A stretch of DNA of 64,000 bases from Thainema sp. Its GTDB lineage: Bacteria; Cyanobacteriota; Cyanobacteriia; Phormidesmidales; Phormidesmidaceae. The stretch spans positions 64,001-128,000 of the forward strand of contig JBQLZK010000004.1 of NCBI GenBank assembly GCA_052168235.1. Reading direction: 5' to 3'. Under the pieces are notes generated by a model. That model did not search any database. It saw nothing but the letters and a program-made list of their open reading frames with translations, and was not told the DNA's origin. This document shows positions 46,897-57,194 of this stretch, in pieces. Each line of letters starts with the position of its first letter. Within the stretch, counting starts at the first letter, position 1. Position numbers and translations under genes: made by a program.

Positions 46897-48336
46897 TTAA
46901 CTGTCGCCGCCAAACACTTCAATATTGGCGAAGGCGCAGACAGGTGAGGCATGACCCACGCGAATTACCTGATTCGGTTCGCCCTTACCGCAGAATGGCG
47001 TACCAAAAATTTCCCAAGTGCTGCGATCGCCAACTGCAACCAAGCTATGCCAAAACTGGGGCGTTGTGGCTCGATAGTTGGGATTTCGTAGCGTTTTAGT
47101 GACCTTCCCGTTCTCGATTAGCTTGGCGTATTCACAGCCAAACTGGAACTTGTGGCGCTGATCGTCGATAGACCACGAGCGATTGGCTTCCATGTACACA
47201 CCTTTTTCGATGCTGCCAATCATTTCGTCAAGTGACTGATCGCCGTGTTCTAGGTTGATATTAGCCATCCGGTCAATCGGAGGACGGTTCCATGAGCTAG
47301 CCCGCGCACTCGCGACACCATTCACTCCTAATCGTGCCTGACTTTCCAAGCTGCCGATGCCGCGCTCCAGCTTGCCTTCCCGAATCAGATATTCCCGTGT
47401 GGCGGGTGCGCCCGTATCATCAAAACGGTAGCTGGCATACTGCCCGGCCACAGATGGGTCAAAGGTAATGTTCATTAATTTAGACCCGTATTGCAGCGTA
47501 CCGAAGTCGCTGGGTTTAACAAAGCTACCGCCCGCATAATTACGCTCGTCACCCAAAATGCGATCGAGTTCTAGGGGATGACCGATGCTTTCATGAATTT
47601 GCAGCATCATCTGGTCGGGAGCTAATACCAGCGTCATCGTATCTGTGGGGCAGTCTTCGGCTGAAAGCAGTTCCATCACCTGCTCGCCCGTTTGGGCTAC
47701 CTGATCCCAGAGCTGCGTATCGGGGAATAATTCCCAGCCACCCTGGTAGCTGCGGGCCCAAAATCCATTGCTGGTGCGATTTTGCACCACTGGGCCATCC
47801 TGTGCGGTTACACCGTAGTGACTGGTGAGTAGGTTAAACCGCTGATACACTTCCGACCCATTACTGCTGACAAACCAAGATTCCAATTCGCTGGTCACAG
47901 CCGTGGCGTTTGTTTGCACGACGGCATCCGCCACTTTGAGCTTGTGGCAAATGCGAATCAGGATGTCATTGATTTCGGCTGGCGTGAGCGCATTGAACGC
48001 TTTCACACCGGGAGAATAATATTCACCAACCACTTTGGGCCGCTGTTGTGGTGTCCAGTGATGAATTCGCCACTGGCTCGCTGCGATCGCATTTTTATGA
48101 GCAATTTCCGCAGCGGTGCGTAAACCCTCTGGTGTTAATTGATTCGTAGCACCATAGCCAATTTGGCCATCGGCTAGCACTTCAACCATTGCGCCTTGAG
48201 TGAGCTGGCGGGAATTGGATTTAGGCTGACCATCACGAACAGAGCGGTAGGTTTGAGCTTCTTTGACGGCTCGAATCCCAATCCAATCAGCTGTAAAAGG
48301 CAATGATTCAATAACGCTGGAGAGTTCAGCAATCAT
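46897..48336 (-). CDS. tldD: TldD metalloprotease subunit
   Basis: HESIGHPLELD (HExxGH), RMAN, CGKGEP.Q. Confidence 0.9.
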   Translation of the reverse strand: MIAELSSVIESLPFTADWIGIRAVKEAQTYRSVRDGQPKSNSRQLTQGAMVEVLADGQIGYGATNQLTPEGLRTAAEIAHKNAIAASQWRIHHWTPQQRPKVVGEYYSPGVKAFNALTPAEINDILIRICHKLKVADAVVQTNATAVTSELESWFVSSNGSEVYQRFNLLTSHYGVTAQDGPVVQNRTSNGFWARSYQGGWELFPDTQLWDQVAQTGEQVMELLSAEDCPTDTMTLVLAPDQMMLQIHESIGHPLELDRILGDERNYAGGSFVKPSDFGTLQYGSKLMNITFDPSVAGQYASYRFDDTGAPATREYLIREGKLERGIGSLESQARLGVNGVASARASSWNRPPIDRMANINLEHGDQSLDEMIGSIEKGVYMEANRSWSIDDQRHKFQFGCEYAKLIENGKVTKTLRNPNYRATTPQFWHSLVAVGDRSTWEIFGTPFCGKGEPNQVIRVGHASPVCAFANIEVFGGDS

Positions 48337-48423
48337 GGGCTTCCTGGAAAACTGAGGTGTTTGTGTTTACCAGTTTAACGAGCCAGCCTAGAATTTTGGT
48401 GAACTTTAGAGCAATTCAATGCG

Positions 48424-48478
48424 AAACCCCAGAAAGCAAACTTACCGCTACGGCGGCAGAAATAGCTCTCTGGGGTTA
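48424..48478. repeat. Degenerate hairpin element
   Basis: AACCCCAGAAAGC...GCTCTCTGGGGTT with a decayed CCGC-TAC-GGCGG apex. Confidence 0.45.
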
Positions 48479-48552
48479 TTCCTCCAGATATTTAGGTCAT
48501 TCAAAAGGCGATGGCAGTGATTGAAAGGGTGGAGTAAGAGGTAAAGGAGAAA

Positions 48553-48786
48553 TTATCTCCAGTTAACCTGGCGCAACCATGTCCAAACGCCGGTTTTACG
48601 ACGCACTTCAACTCCTTCACTGTTCTCCTGGATCACTTCCTGTAACTCCTCAATTGTGAAGTCATACCCTAATGACTGACAGGTTTGAATAAACTCTTGC
48701 CCATTTGCAACGTGCTGGAATTTATCGCGTAGATGCTCATCGTGAGAGGCATCTGATAGAAACTTATATGCACTTTCCTGAGTCAT
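48553..48786 (-). CDS. Nif11-like leader peptide family protein, 77 aa
   Basis: MTQESAYKFL.....DEHLRDKF......EF......GYDFTIEEL pattern. Confidence 0.75.
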   Translation of the reverse strand: MTQESAYKFLSDASHDEHLRDKFQHVANGQEFIQTCQSLGYDFTIEELQEVIQENSEGVEVRRKTGVWTWLRQVNWR

Positions 48787-49266
48787 TGATTTGCCCTTCT
48801 GGTTCCTAAACGCGTTGCACGACGACCACGACTGTGCCCCGTGTACTGTGATTGTAATGCTGTGACTGTAATGTAGTAATAGCGATCGCAAATTTGCCGT
48901 TGTTGTCCCACCTATTTGTCATAGAAGGTTTTTTGTAGAAAGTGCGATCGCATGTTGATATCGTCAAGATATTGCTCGACTTTAGTATGCCCAAGAGTGG
49001 AGAATGCCAATACACGGGGGCTAAACAATTCCCCACATATCGGTCTAGAATCGGACAGGAGCGTCTAGTCGTCTGCAACTAATTGCAACAGACAAGTTGC
49101 ACAGACCATAATTTTAGGTTGCAGGACGAAGTCGCCACAGTACGCGTTATCCGAATTTCACTATTCAGCATGTCTCAACGTATCGAGAACGCATTGAGAA
49201 TGTATCTGAAACTTTCCGAAGAATCGATTGACAACCATCAGCACGACAAAGTAGTCGTTTTGAACG

Positions 49267-50652
49267 ATGTTTAGTAAACCCATACGTCGCTATTGGTTAA
49301 CTGGTTTAAGTTTACTGCTCGGTTTGCTGTTGGTCTTAGGACTAGCTCAAAGCCGAGGTTCGTCCTTTCCCGCTCCTGAAATTGCGATTGATCCATCAAA
49401 CTTACTCAGTGCTCAAACCAGTCATCCAGCGTTTATCCTGGCAGAGAGCGCCTTAGACGAGTCGGATGAGCTGCCGTCAGTTGCCCAGGTCAACGATGAA
49501 CCGGAACAAACTGAGGCCAACCGAGCGGCTTCGATTGACGCCTTTCGCCAGTCGATTGAGTATGCCAATACGGCTGCTGTTTTAGCACAAACGGCGACTT
49601 CTCCTCAACAGTGGGATCGAGTCGCCGAAAACTGGATGGCGGCGATAGCCCAGTTATTCAGTATTCCGCCCAAGAGTCCCCAGCGGGTCTTCGCCCAGCG
49701 CAAAATTCGCGAGTATTTGCAAAATCTGTCGATTGCCCAACGCTATGCCGATCGCAGCAGCTTTCCGCGCATGTCGCCCAGTTTTGGCAGCTCCAGCCTA
49801 GATGAGCAGCTTGTGCTGTACAAATCCTATGTCGCAACCGTAGGCGTACCAGACGTACTGGTGATTGGTAGTTCGCGGGCTCTGCAGGGCGTTGATCCAC
49901 ACGTGCTACAGGCTGCATTGGCCGGGAAAGGTTACGCAAACGCCACGGTATACAACTTTGGCGTCTACGGAGCGACGGCTCAAGTTGTAAATTTCATTGT
50001 GCAGAAGATTCTACCCGACCAGTTGCCGAACCTGATTGTGTGGCCAGCGGGTTCGCGAGCCTTAAACAGCAGCCGCTTTGACCGCACCTTTGCATCGATT
50101 TTAGAATCTCCAGGCTATCAGGGGGTGATGCAGGGCAGTCAGCCTCCCTCATTGCTGAAGTTTGCCACCCCGGAATCGTTTGCTGACGCACCGCAGCAAA
50201 GCTTGCTGGATGCCAACGCCAATGGATTTATCACCGTTTCCGAACAGTTTGATCCGGCGCAATACTATCGACAGTATCCACGGGTATCCGGTGTATACGA
50301 TGGCGACTATCAGAACTTTCAACTGAATGGCGTGCAGGATAACAGTCTGCGAGCGCTCGCGCAGTTTGCCAAAGGTCGCGGCATTGAGCTTGTATACGTC
50401 AACTTGCCGCTAACTCAAGATTATCTAGACAACACGCGCAGCCGCTATGAGGGGCGTTATCGGCAGTGGCTCCAGCAGAAGAGCCAAGCTTACGGCTTTA
50501 CCTATGTAGACTTGCTAGAGTCCAACCTGATGCAGAATCAGTTCTTTGCCGATCCCAGTCACATTAACCGCTATGGTGCTGCTGCGATCGCACGTCGTCT
50601 GGCCAATCATGCCCAAATGCCGTGGCAAGCGCTAGTAGCGCAAAATAACTAA
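49267..50652 (+). CDS. Exported SGNH/DUF1574-like protein
   Basis: Signal peptide, VIGSSRA, YNFGV.GAT, FADPSHIN.YGA. Confidence 0.7.
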   Translation: MFSKPIRRYWLTGLSLLLGLLLVLGLAQSRGSSFPAPEIAIDPSNLLSAQTSHPAFILAESALDESDELPSVAQVNDEPEQTEANRAASIDAFRQSIEYANTAAVLAQTATSPQQWDRVAENWMAAIAQLFSIPPKSPQRVFAQRKIREYLQNLSIAQRYADRSSFPRMSPSFGSSSLDEQLVLYKSYVATVGVPDVLVIGSSRALQGVDPHVLQAALAGKGYANATVYNFGVYGATAQVVNFIVQKILPDQLPNLIVWPAGSRALNSSRFDRTFASILESPGYQGVMQGSQPPSLLKFATPESFADAPQQSLLDANANGFITVSEQFDPAQYYRQYPRVSGVYDGDYQNFQLNGVQDNSLRALAQFAKGRGIELVYVNLPLTQDYLDNTRSRYEGRYRQWLQQKSQAYGFTYVDLLESNLMQNQFFADPSHINRYGAAAIARRLANHAQMPWQALVAQNN

Positions 50653-50690
50653 GGATTGTGGATTTAAAGAGCCTGTAAACCGTTCCATCC

Positions 50691-50720
50691 GTAGGGATAC
50701 GGCACTACCGTGTCCCTAAC
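50691..50720 (+). repeat. GTAG-type REP palindrome
   Basis: GTAGGGATACGGCACTACCGTGTCCCTAAC. Confidence 0.7.
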
Positions 50721-50747
50721 GCAAAGATTTCATCTAATTAAATGTTC

Positions 50748-51398
50748 CTAAGCGCTCCAGTTCAGCCAGCGAACGTAGATATAGGCAATCGTTTCTGCCA
50801 CAACAACTCGAAATCCCGCGCTAAATCGCCACCAGGTAGCCGGATCGTAAAGCTGATCGGTTAATGTCAGTACTCCTATGGCTGTCTGCGGCGCAAACAC
50901 ACGCTGATAAATTAGCCAGCTCCGTCGAGAATGCGCCCCAACCGTACAAAGGTTGATCTGGTCGATGGGCCAACGTTGGTCTTCCAGCCAGTCGCGAATC
51001 ACCAACGCCGCCGCATGGGTGCGGTAATGATTGGTATGGTCGCAGTTAATCACCACAATGCGATCGCGCTCAATACCGAGGGCAATTAAGCTGTCTGCTG
51101 TGACCTCCGCATGGGTGCGGTACTGGGTCAAAAATGCGCCCTGATACAGCGGCAATCCAGAAATCAGCACGTGCTGATAATTGCCTTCGTCAATTACCTG
51201 CGCTACCTGCTTCACAACCCGATCGGGGACCCAACCCTCGACAATCAGCACGTTGGTCGAGAGCGGCTGATTTGGGGTCAAGAAATCGTGAAGATAGCGG
51301 CTACACCAAAAGGCAACTAATAGGGCCAGTGCGATCGCAAACAGAATCAGTGCCGCGATGCCACAAATGAAACCAGCCCAGAATCCTAGTTCAAGCAC
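50748..51398 (-). CDS. YdcF/ElyC/SanA (DUF218) family protein
   Basis: N-terminal TM, LIVEGW, ISG, T...HSRRS. Confidence 0.75.
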   Translation of the reverse strand: MLELGFWAGFICGIAALILFAIALALLVAFWCSRYLHDFLTPNQPLSTNVLIVEGWVPDRVVKQVAQVIDEGNYQHVLISGLPLYQGAFLTQYRTHAEVTADSLIALGIERDRIVVINCDHTNHYRTHAAALVIRDWLEDQRWPIDQINLCTVGAHSRRSWLIYQRVFAPQTAIGVLTLTDQLYDPATWWRFSAGFRVVVAETIAYIYVRWLNWSA

Positions 51399-51432
51399 CT
51401 CAGCAACGTCTCCTCACAACACGGGATGCCAT

Positions 51433-51512
51433 TAATACGGAGTCTTGAAGAACCGAATCAATCTCGATGAAACTCTCGCTCTATTCGGTTCTTGCAGATG
51501 AAGTTCATATAA
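51433..51512. repeat. Family A deletion derivative
   Basis: TAA-TACGGAGTC...GAAACTCTCGCT...TTCATA-TAA; one inner arm missing. Confidence 0.55.
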
Positions 51513-51803
51513 CTTAACGAGATGCGATCCTGACTATAGGACGATTGCTATCCCTGCCCAATGACCGTTATCCACACATTATTCAGTGGGTAAACTATAT
51601 TGAGACAATACAAAACGTAACTAAACCCTTAAACTTTCGTCATAGTTCGATGAAGCGTTTAACTGAATCGTTACACGAACAAATTCGAAAATCTATAGTA
51701 GATTTGCGCGAAAAGCTGATGAAATCGCCTTTTGACGTGAGTTCAGTGGCTTCAAGTTTGTGAACAGACTTGACACAACAGCCCGATAAATCTGATTAAC
51801 CCA

Positions 51804-52457
51804 GTGTGGCCCGAGGAGGAAACTAGCTTGTTATCAAAGCGGACAATTGGAATTGCGATCGCAAGTGTGGCCACGGCATCCTTTGCTACTGGTTTTATCG
51901 GCGCGGAACAAGCACTCAAACAGCCAGATGGAACTGAGATTGCCCAACCTCTACAGCCAGACCTCTACGATGCCGCACAGCGGGTACTTTGGCATGGTGA
52001 CATTGGCCTGAATCATGTCAATCGACAGGTACAGTTGGCGAGACGCCAATCTGCGATCGCGCAATCTCGATACTCCAATTCTTCGAATTCACGTATGCGC
52101 GATCGCATTGATTTTCAAGAGTCGTATATAGAGGAGTCGTGGTCTATTTCTGATCCAGTTGCTGATCAGACTGCTGACTCTACAGTGTCTGACCCATTTG
52201 ACTCTGCCTCAGATCCGAGCAGCGAACCCTATATTTCTACCGCTGATTCACATCTAGGGGCAACACCTGACACCTTACCTGATGGCTCTCTCGCTGAGCC
52301 CGTAGACCATGAACCTGAATCCTCTGACTCTGCAACGCGTTCCGCAGATCACCGTTCAGAGCGTGCAGCCGACGCCCCGTCTCTTGAACCTGATTTTGTT
52401 TGGCAAGGTTCCCCCGGCTTTGTAAAAGACTACATCAAAGCAAGTGCCGTAAAGTAG
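51804..52457 (+). CDS. Hypothetical protein (N-terminal hydrophobic segment, acidic low-complexity tail)
   Basis: 217-aa ORF filling the gap; start uncertain. Confidence 0.55.
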   Translation: MWPEEETSLLSKRTIGIAIASVATASFATGFIGAEQALKQPDGTEIAQPLQPDLYDAAQRVLWHGDIGLNHVNRQVQLARRQSAIAQSRYSNSSNSRMRDRIDFQESYIEESWSISDPVADQTADSTVSDPFDSASDPSSEPYISTADSHLGATPDTLPDGSLAEPVDHEPESSDSATRSADHRSERAADAPSLEPDFVWQGSPGFVKDYIKASAVK

Positions 52458-52603
52458 ACACATGTTTCAGGTAGTGCAGTTTTGCGTTTTCAGACTTATC
52501 AGGCTTAATTAAGATCCAAACAATAACTGTCACGGCTCTATTAAACAACTAAGTAGCTAATCAACTTAAGCTTGCTGTAGTTTTAAGAATTGCCCTTTGA
52601 ATG

Positions 52604-52619
52604 TGTAGATTTGTGTACA
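52604..52619. promoter_or_regulatory. Possible NtcA site
   Basis: TGTA-GATTTGTG-TACA (GTA-N8-TAC) within TGTGTA...TACACA. Confidence 0.4.
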
Positions 52620-52974
52620 CAAGAACAAGCCAATATTGGAACTTATTAGAACGTTCTGGGGCCGGATCTGAACAGTTTCCCTGCGAATTCGAAGACCGAG
52701 AGCATGATACACTTAAGCCTACATTCTCGTGTTCTCGGTATCCAAAGTGAGAAGAGATCTTAGGGGATTTCAGCAGTCGATTACTTCATGCTGAGCAGCA
52801 CCCTATTTCGTAAGTATATGAAGCAATATCCTAATATTGTTTCACTCTATTAAGCTCTCCCCAGTTTAAAGCCTGATTAGGGGGCGCTAGGGTTTACCAT
52901 ATGTGACTGATAGGGTCTTGTCATACCTTAAAATACGCAAATTAATTTCAGATAGCGATGTAGGAGAGATTTAA

Positions 52975-53484
52975 ATGCGGGACGCAGTGACCACCCTAAT
53001 TCGGAATTACGACGCAACCGGTCGCTACCTCGATCGCGAAGCACTCGATACGCTGAAGTCTTATTTTGATAGCGGTTTGGTGCGGGCTCAAGCTGCCGCA
53101 GTCATTACATCCGACGCAGCTGCGATCGTCAAAGAGGCAGGTTCTAAATTATTTGAACAACTTCCTGAACTGATTCGTCCAGGTGGTAACGCTTACACCA
53201 CTCGTCGCTATGCAGCTTGCCTGCGCGATATGGACTACTACCTGCGGTACGGTAGCTATGCTCTCGTTGCAGACGACATGGACATTTTGGATGAGCGTGT
53301 TCTGAATGGCTTGAGAGAAACCTACAACTCTCTTAACGTTCCCATTGGCCCAACCGTCATCGGCATTCAAATCTTGAAAGATATTGTCAAAGAGCGCGTA
53401 GCATCTGCTGGAATTGATAATGCTGAGTTCGTTGACGCTCCCTTCGAATACATGGCGCGTGAGCTAGGCGAAGTTAGTGTCTAA
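52975..53484 (+). CDS. apcF: Allophycocyanin beta-18 subunit
   Basis: MRDAVTTLI.NYD.TGRYLD, PGGNAYTTRRYAACLRDMDY; 169 aa. Confidence 0.95.
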   Translation: MRDAVTTLIRNYDATGRYLDREALDTLKSYFDSGLVRAQAAAVITSDAAAIVKEAGSKLFEQLPELIRPGGNAYTTRRYAACLRDMDYYLRYGSYALVADDMDILDERVLNGLRETYNSLNVPIGPTVIGIQILKDIVKERVASAGIDNAEFVDAPFEYMARELGEVSV

Positions 53485-53510
53485 GTCATTATGAATTAGG
53501 TTGTATTGGT

Positions 53511-53613
53511 GACTGACTAGCACTTGCCGCCGCCTAATTCATGATCTAATCCAAATATTGGTCAATCCGCTAGGAAATCAGTTGCTTCTTGCATCACCTT
53601 CTAGCGGATTGTT
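53511..53613 (+). terminator. Two stem-loops after apcF
   Basis: ATGAATTAGG...CCTAATTCAT and AATCCGCTAG...CTAGCGGATT. Confidence 0.5.
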
Positions 53614-54061
53614 TCCGTTAAGCTTGTTACGTTGACTGCTGACAGATACAGCAGTAGTCACATTGGTTGGTACGTTGGGAAATACCGAAACCATTCCAAC
53701 GCTTAAACGTTGAATTTCGTAAATATCTTACCCCCAATAGCGACGGCTGTATAATGGGTAGTGCTGTACGAGTAGCGCTGATTACAGTTCTGCTACATGC
53801 AGCCGAAAGGAGCAAGTTCTGACCTTTATCCTCATTTAATCAGGCCCATTTGCTTTACTTTTGTAAAAAAACCGACATTTTTCTCTACTGTTAATGGTCT
53901 GTCAAACCCAGTCAAGCTCTTATACAGCAAGGGTTTAAGCTTGTTGCAGGGAATGTTAAGAGAAGTTGAAATTTCTAATTGAACTCGATATACTTGGCAC
54001 GGCCCACATTTTTGTAACCATAACTACACTTGACACAAAGTTTAGAGAGGAGGTAAAGAGG

Positions 54062-54391
54062 TTGGCAAGGAGACGTAAGCGCAAGAGCCGTCGTCGTTTA
54101 GAGGGGCGACGCATTTTAGAGAGTGTGCCTCAATTTAGCATTGAGAGCGGAGAAGATAAGCCTGTCACGGCTGCTAGGAAGTATATTCACGCTGAAGGAA
54201 TTTCCCCCCCCGCCCTTTTGCTAGTCAAGCGCAACGAACACACGACAGATCGATATTTTTGGGCAGAGAAGGGGTTGTTCGGAGCTCAGTATGTTGAAGA
54301 AAACCACTTCTTATTCCCAAGTCTGAAAGTAGATGAAGATGAAGAAGAGGAGATGGGAAGCGTAGCTGTTGCAGTTGCAAAGCAGTCATAG
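54062..54391 (+). CDS. DUF3155-like conserved cyanobacterial protein
   Basis: TTG start after AGGAGG; ARRRKRKSRRR, RNEHTTDRYFWAEKGLFGAQY. Confidence 0.85.
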   Translation: MARRRKRKSRRRLEGRRILESVPQFSIESGEDKPVTAARKYIHAEGISPPALLLVKRNEHTTDRYFWAEKGLFGAQYVEENHFLFPSLKVDEDEEEEMGSVAVAVAKQS

Positions 54392-54570
54392 CTACTTGGA
54401 TGTTCAATGTGCAGTAATTAATTAGTGCACAGTAAACATTAATAGGTAGATGGATTGAAACCAGGATTACTTGTCACTGTTACTGACCCATTTCCCGCCA
54501 ACTGGAGATTGTTGGTCAGTCGGGCCAAATGTACTTAATCTACTTAAACTTCTCCCAAGAGGCAGAATCG

Positions 54571-55134
54571 CTATGATTCTGCCTCTTTTTTCTGAAGTGA
54601 TAGAGCCTGTTGCAAAGCAATTATTTCATCCCGATGAGCAACAACAGTGACGAACGATTCTGAAAGGTTGCGATCGCGGTTAGTGGGTGAAGGTTGAACT
54701 GAAAACTGTACGGTTTCAGTACGCGCGGCTCCTTTCCAGTAAAAGAATCCGGCCAGTGGGGCTAATAAAGGAAAAATAAACGGCCACTGGAACTGGGAGG
54801 GTAACAATAGGCTGACGACTAGAGCCAGACAAAAGAACCCAATTGCTGCTAATAGACTGAGGAAAATGGCTAAAAATAAACTGGGTCTAACAAATCCAGT
54901 CAGCGTCACAGCAGATGCGTTGCTAGAAGTCTCGCTTGCAGCTGCAGGATCAACTTCATAAGCGCGGCTCTGGAAATGTTGCTGCAGCTGTTGGGCAATT
55001 TCTGTTTCGGGTTGATCTACTACAAATTGAGCCGATTCAGTCCGATCTTTGACTGATGCCCGGATAAAGAAGAATAAACCGACCAGAAGCAGTAAGGTTA
55101 GTAAAAATGTTGATGCGAGAACAGGGCTGTCCAC
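54571..55134 (-). CDS. Cofactor assembly of complex C subunit B (CCB1-like)
   Basis: STFLLTLLLLVGLFFFIRASVKDRT, AHRDE. Confidence 0.85.
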   Translation of the reverse strand: MDSPVLASTFLLTLLLLVGLFFFIRASVKDRTESAQFVVDQPETEIAQQLQQHFQSRAYEVDPAAASETSSNASAVTLTGFVRPSLFLAIFLSLLAAIGFFCLALVVSLLLPSQFQWPFIFPLLAPLAGFFYWKGAARTETVQFSVQPSPTNRDRNLSESFVTVVAHRDEIIALQQALSLQKKEAES

Positions 55135-55233
55135 AGTGTTAGACTCTCCTTCTCCCAAACGAACGAAAGGTTTAGTCTTCTAGCCTACCGGAAATTGGAA
55201 GCCAATCAGCATATTTGTACGCTGATTGTGTTG

Positions 55234-55328
55234 TACAGCCATCTTAAGTTGATTATGTAACAGGCCGCCCCGCTGGGGCAGCCTGTTACATAATCAACTC
55301 AGCTCACTAGCAATTCAGTAGAGCTATA
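55234..55328. repeat. Family E hairpin element
   Basis: TACAGC...GCTATA ends; 25-bp arms (1 mismatch) 55247-55271/55275-55299, loop GCT. Confidence 0.78.
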
Positions 55329-55355
55329 CCAAGGAACAGTTGATTTTTTTGAGGC

Positions 55356-55452
55356 ATACCGAATTAGCTTAGAAAACCCCAGAATAATTTTTTGCGAAAT
55401 TGGGCGTTACACATTTCGCAAAAAATTATTCTGGGGTTTTCGACCAAATCTC
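55356..55452 (+). repeat. Family A hairpin element (decayed apex)
   Basis: 29-bp perfect arms 55372-55400/55413-55441; ATACCGAAT...GGGTTTTCGACCAAAT ends. Confidence 0.8.
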
Positions 55453-55504
55453 TTGTTGTAGGTTAAACAAGAGCAAAATAGAAAGTTTGTATTAGCTCCC
55501 AAAG

Positions 55505-55876
55505 CTAGGAGTCGATGCCGACATAAACTTGAGATTGGTTCAATTTGGCATACTGCCTCCACAATTGAGCTAATTCTTCCGCCTTGTCTCTCCAGTTAGG
55601 CTGGATTTGATACATGCGGCGGGGACGCCCACGACCTTCAACTTTTTTCCAGTACCCTATGACTGCTGATTGTTCTTCCAGAAACCTTAAAGCGCTATAA
55701 AGAACGGTGTCAGATAAGCGATAAGATGAGTAGTCATGCTCCAACATCTGAATCAATTCTGTTCCGTAAGAGTCTCGGTGCAGAAGAACATCAAGAATGT
55801 AGCATACGGCAAGTTCTTTATTGAGATGAACCGGGGGGGGATTCTGGAAAAAACGATAGATATCCTCAAATTTCAT
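55505..55876 (-). CDS. pex: PadR-family circadian period extender Pex
   Basis: FF.NPPP..LNKELAVCYIL, SYGTELI, LSDTVLY.AL.FL, GRGRPRRMY. Confidence 0.85.
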   Translation of the reverse strand: MKFEDIYRFFQNPPPVHLNKELAVCYILDVLLHRDSYGTELIQMLEHDYSSYRLSDTVLYSALRFLEEQSAVIGYWKKVEGRGRPRRMYQIQPNWRDKAEELAQLWRQYAKLNQSQVYVGIDS

Positions 55877-56037
55877 ACAAATTATCCAAAATCAGAACGG
55901 ATTAGCCGATAAGTGATGAGACTGCGACCGAACAGCTTAGCTTCGAATAACCAGTAAAAACCAGTAAAGCTTGTTGTTCAAAACGAGGAGTAATTTAGCT
56001 TTAACGTATGACTAACTTACTATCGTTCTTATCCATT

Positions 56038-56523
56038 CTAGACGCTGAAGCGTGGAGTGGCATGCCAAATTTCTCGGATAATTTTCCCACCTGCATCAAT
56101 ATGAGCGGAGTAAGAGACAATGACAACTTCTTGATGGCCATTCGTTTGATCAGCAACTAAAACAACATCTGCTTTAACCAAACGATCGCTATTTTTACCC
56201 TGAGACAAGATTTGGTAGTTTTGAATGCGATATCGGTGCAAAAACTTCGCCCAAGCCTTTGGAATTTCTTTACCTTGGTATCGTTTCTGATTAAGCCCTT
56301 CCTGCCATAGGATCACGGCATCCTTATGATACCGATTCAGGGCTTGACTGGTGTCTTGCGTGGCTATGGCCTGCCAGTGCTGTTGTGCAACGGTAAGCGG
56401 ATCGGCCACTACCATCCGCTGATAGAACATGAGGCTGCCGACCAGTGCGATCGCACATAGACCAGACATCACCTGTCGCCCCACCAAAGAAGGAAATGAA
56501 CCCGGTTTCACTGAGTTTTGCAT
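56038..56523 (-). CDS. Exported NTF2/SnoaL-like protein
   Basis: Signal-like N-terminus, HWQAIA...YHKDAV..W...YQG..I..AW. Confidence 0.6.
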   Translation of the reverse strand: MQNSVKPGSFPSLVGRQVMSGLCAIALVGSLMFYQRMVVADPLTVAQQHWQAIATQDTSQALNRYHKDAVILWQEGLNQKRYQGKEIPKAWAKFLHRYRIQNYQILSQGKNSDRLVKADVVLVADQTNGHQEVVIVSYSAHIDAGGKIIREIWHATPRFSV

Positions 56524-57194
56524 CGGTAACCTCTACGATCCAGCTCTCGAAATACAGCAGGCTCAGGAACGAATCAAAACATTTCTATATGAGCTTAGAT
56601 GTTTGCTATCTCCTTACGGCTTAGCGCAATTTCCATCGGCAATTATTGAGCGCAGTTACTAGATCGTTCGTGCCTTAGACTACTACTACTCAGGACTATC
56701 AGGACTAGCAACATCAGGGTAACAACAGCTTCAAAATATGTCACAGCTCTTATGTAATAGCGTTACAAATCGATGGATAGATTGCTGTAGATACTTGTGA
56801 ACTAATTGACGTAAATCGACAAAGCTTACAGCATTGATACAAGATATTTCATCATCCAATCGATCGAATAACAATTGGATTTGTTCCTCAAATAGGAATA
56901 AATTTAGCGAAAGTTTAAGCAAAAAACTCGGTGACTGCGATTTTAGCTGCTGGACTTAAAAATCCAGGTCTTATCTTAAAAGCCATGATTCGTTACCTTA
57001 AAGCAGCATGTGACAACTCTTCAGTTGTCTACTGGCGATGGCAATTTCTATCAAAAGGGGGTAAAGCCTGGTAGAACGTCTACGCTCTGTGGGGTGATTG
57101 GGAATCGGCAAAAATTTAGACGAATCGCAGATGAACGGTCTGCTCAGAGCTTAGGATGAAGGATAGAGAATCGTGATTAATAAGGAGAACTGCT

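Noticed and set aside
56752..56768. NtcA site in TGTAATAGCGTTACA
   Set aside because: Spacer is 7 nt, not 8.
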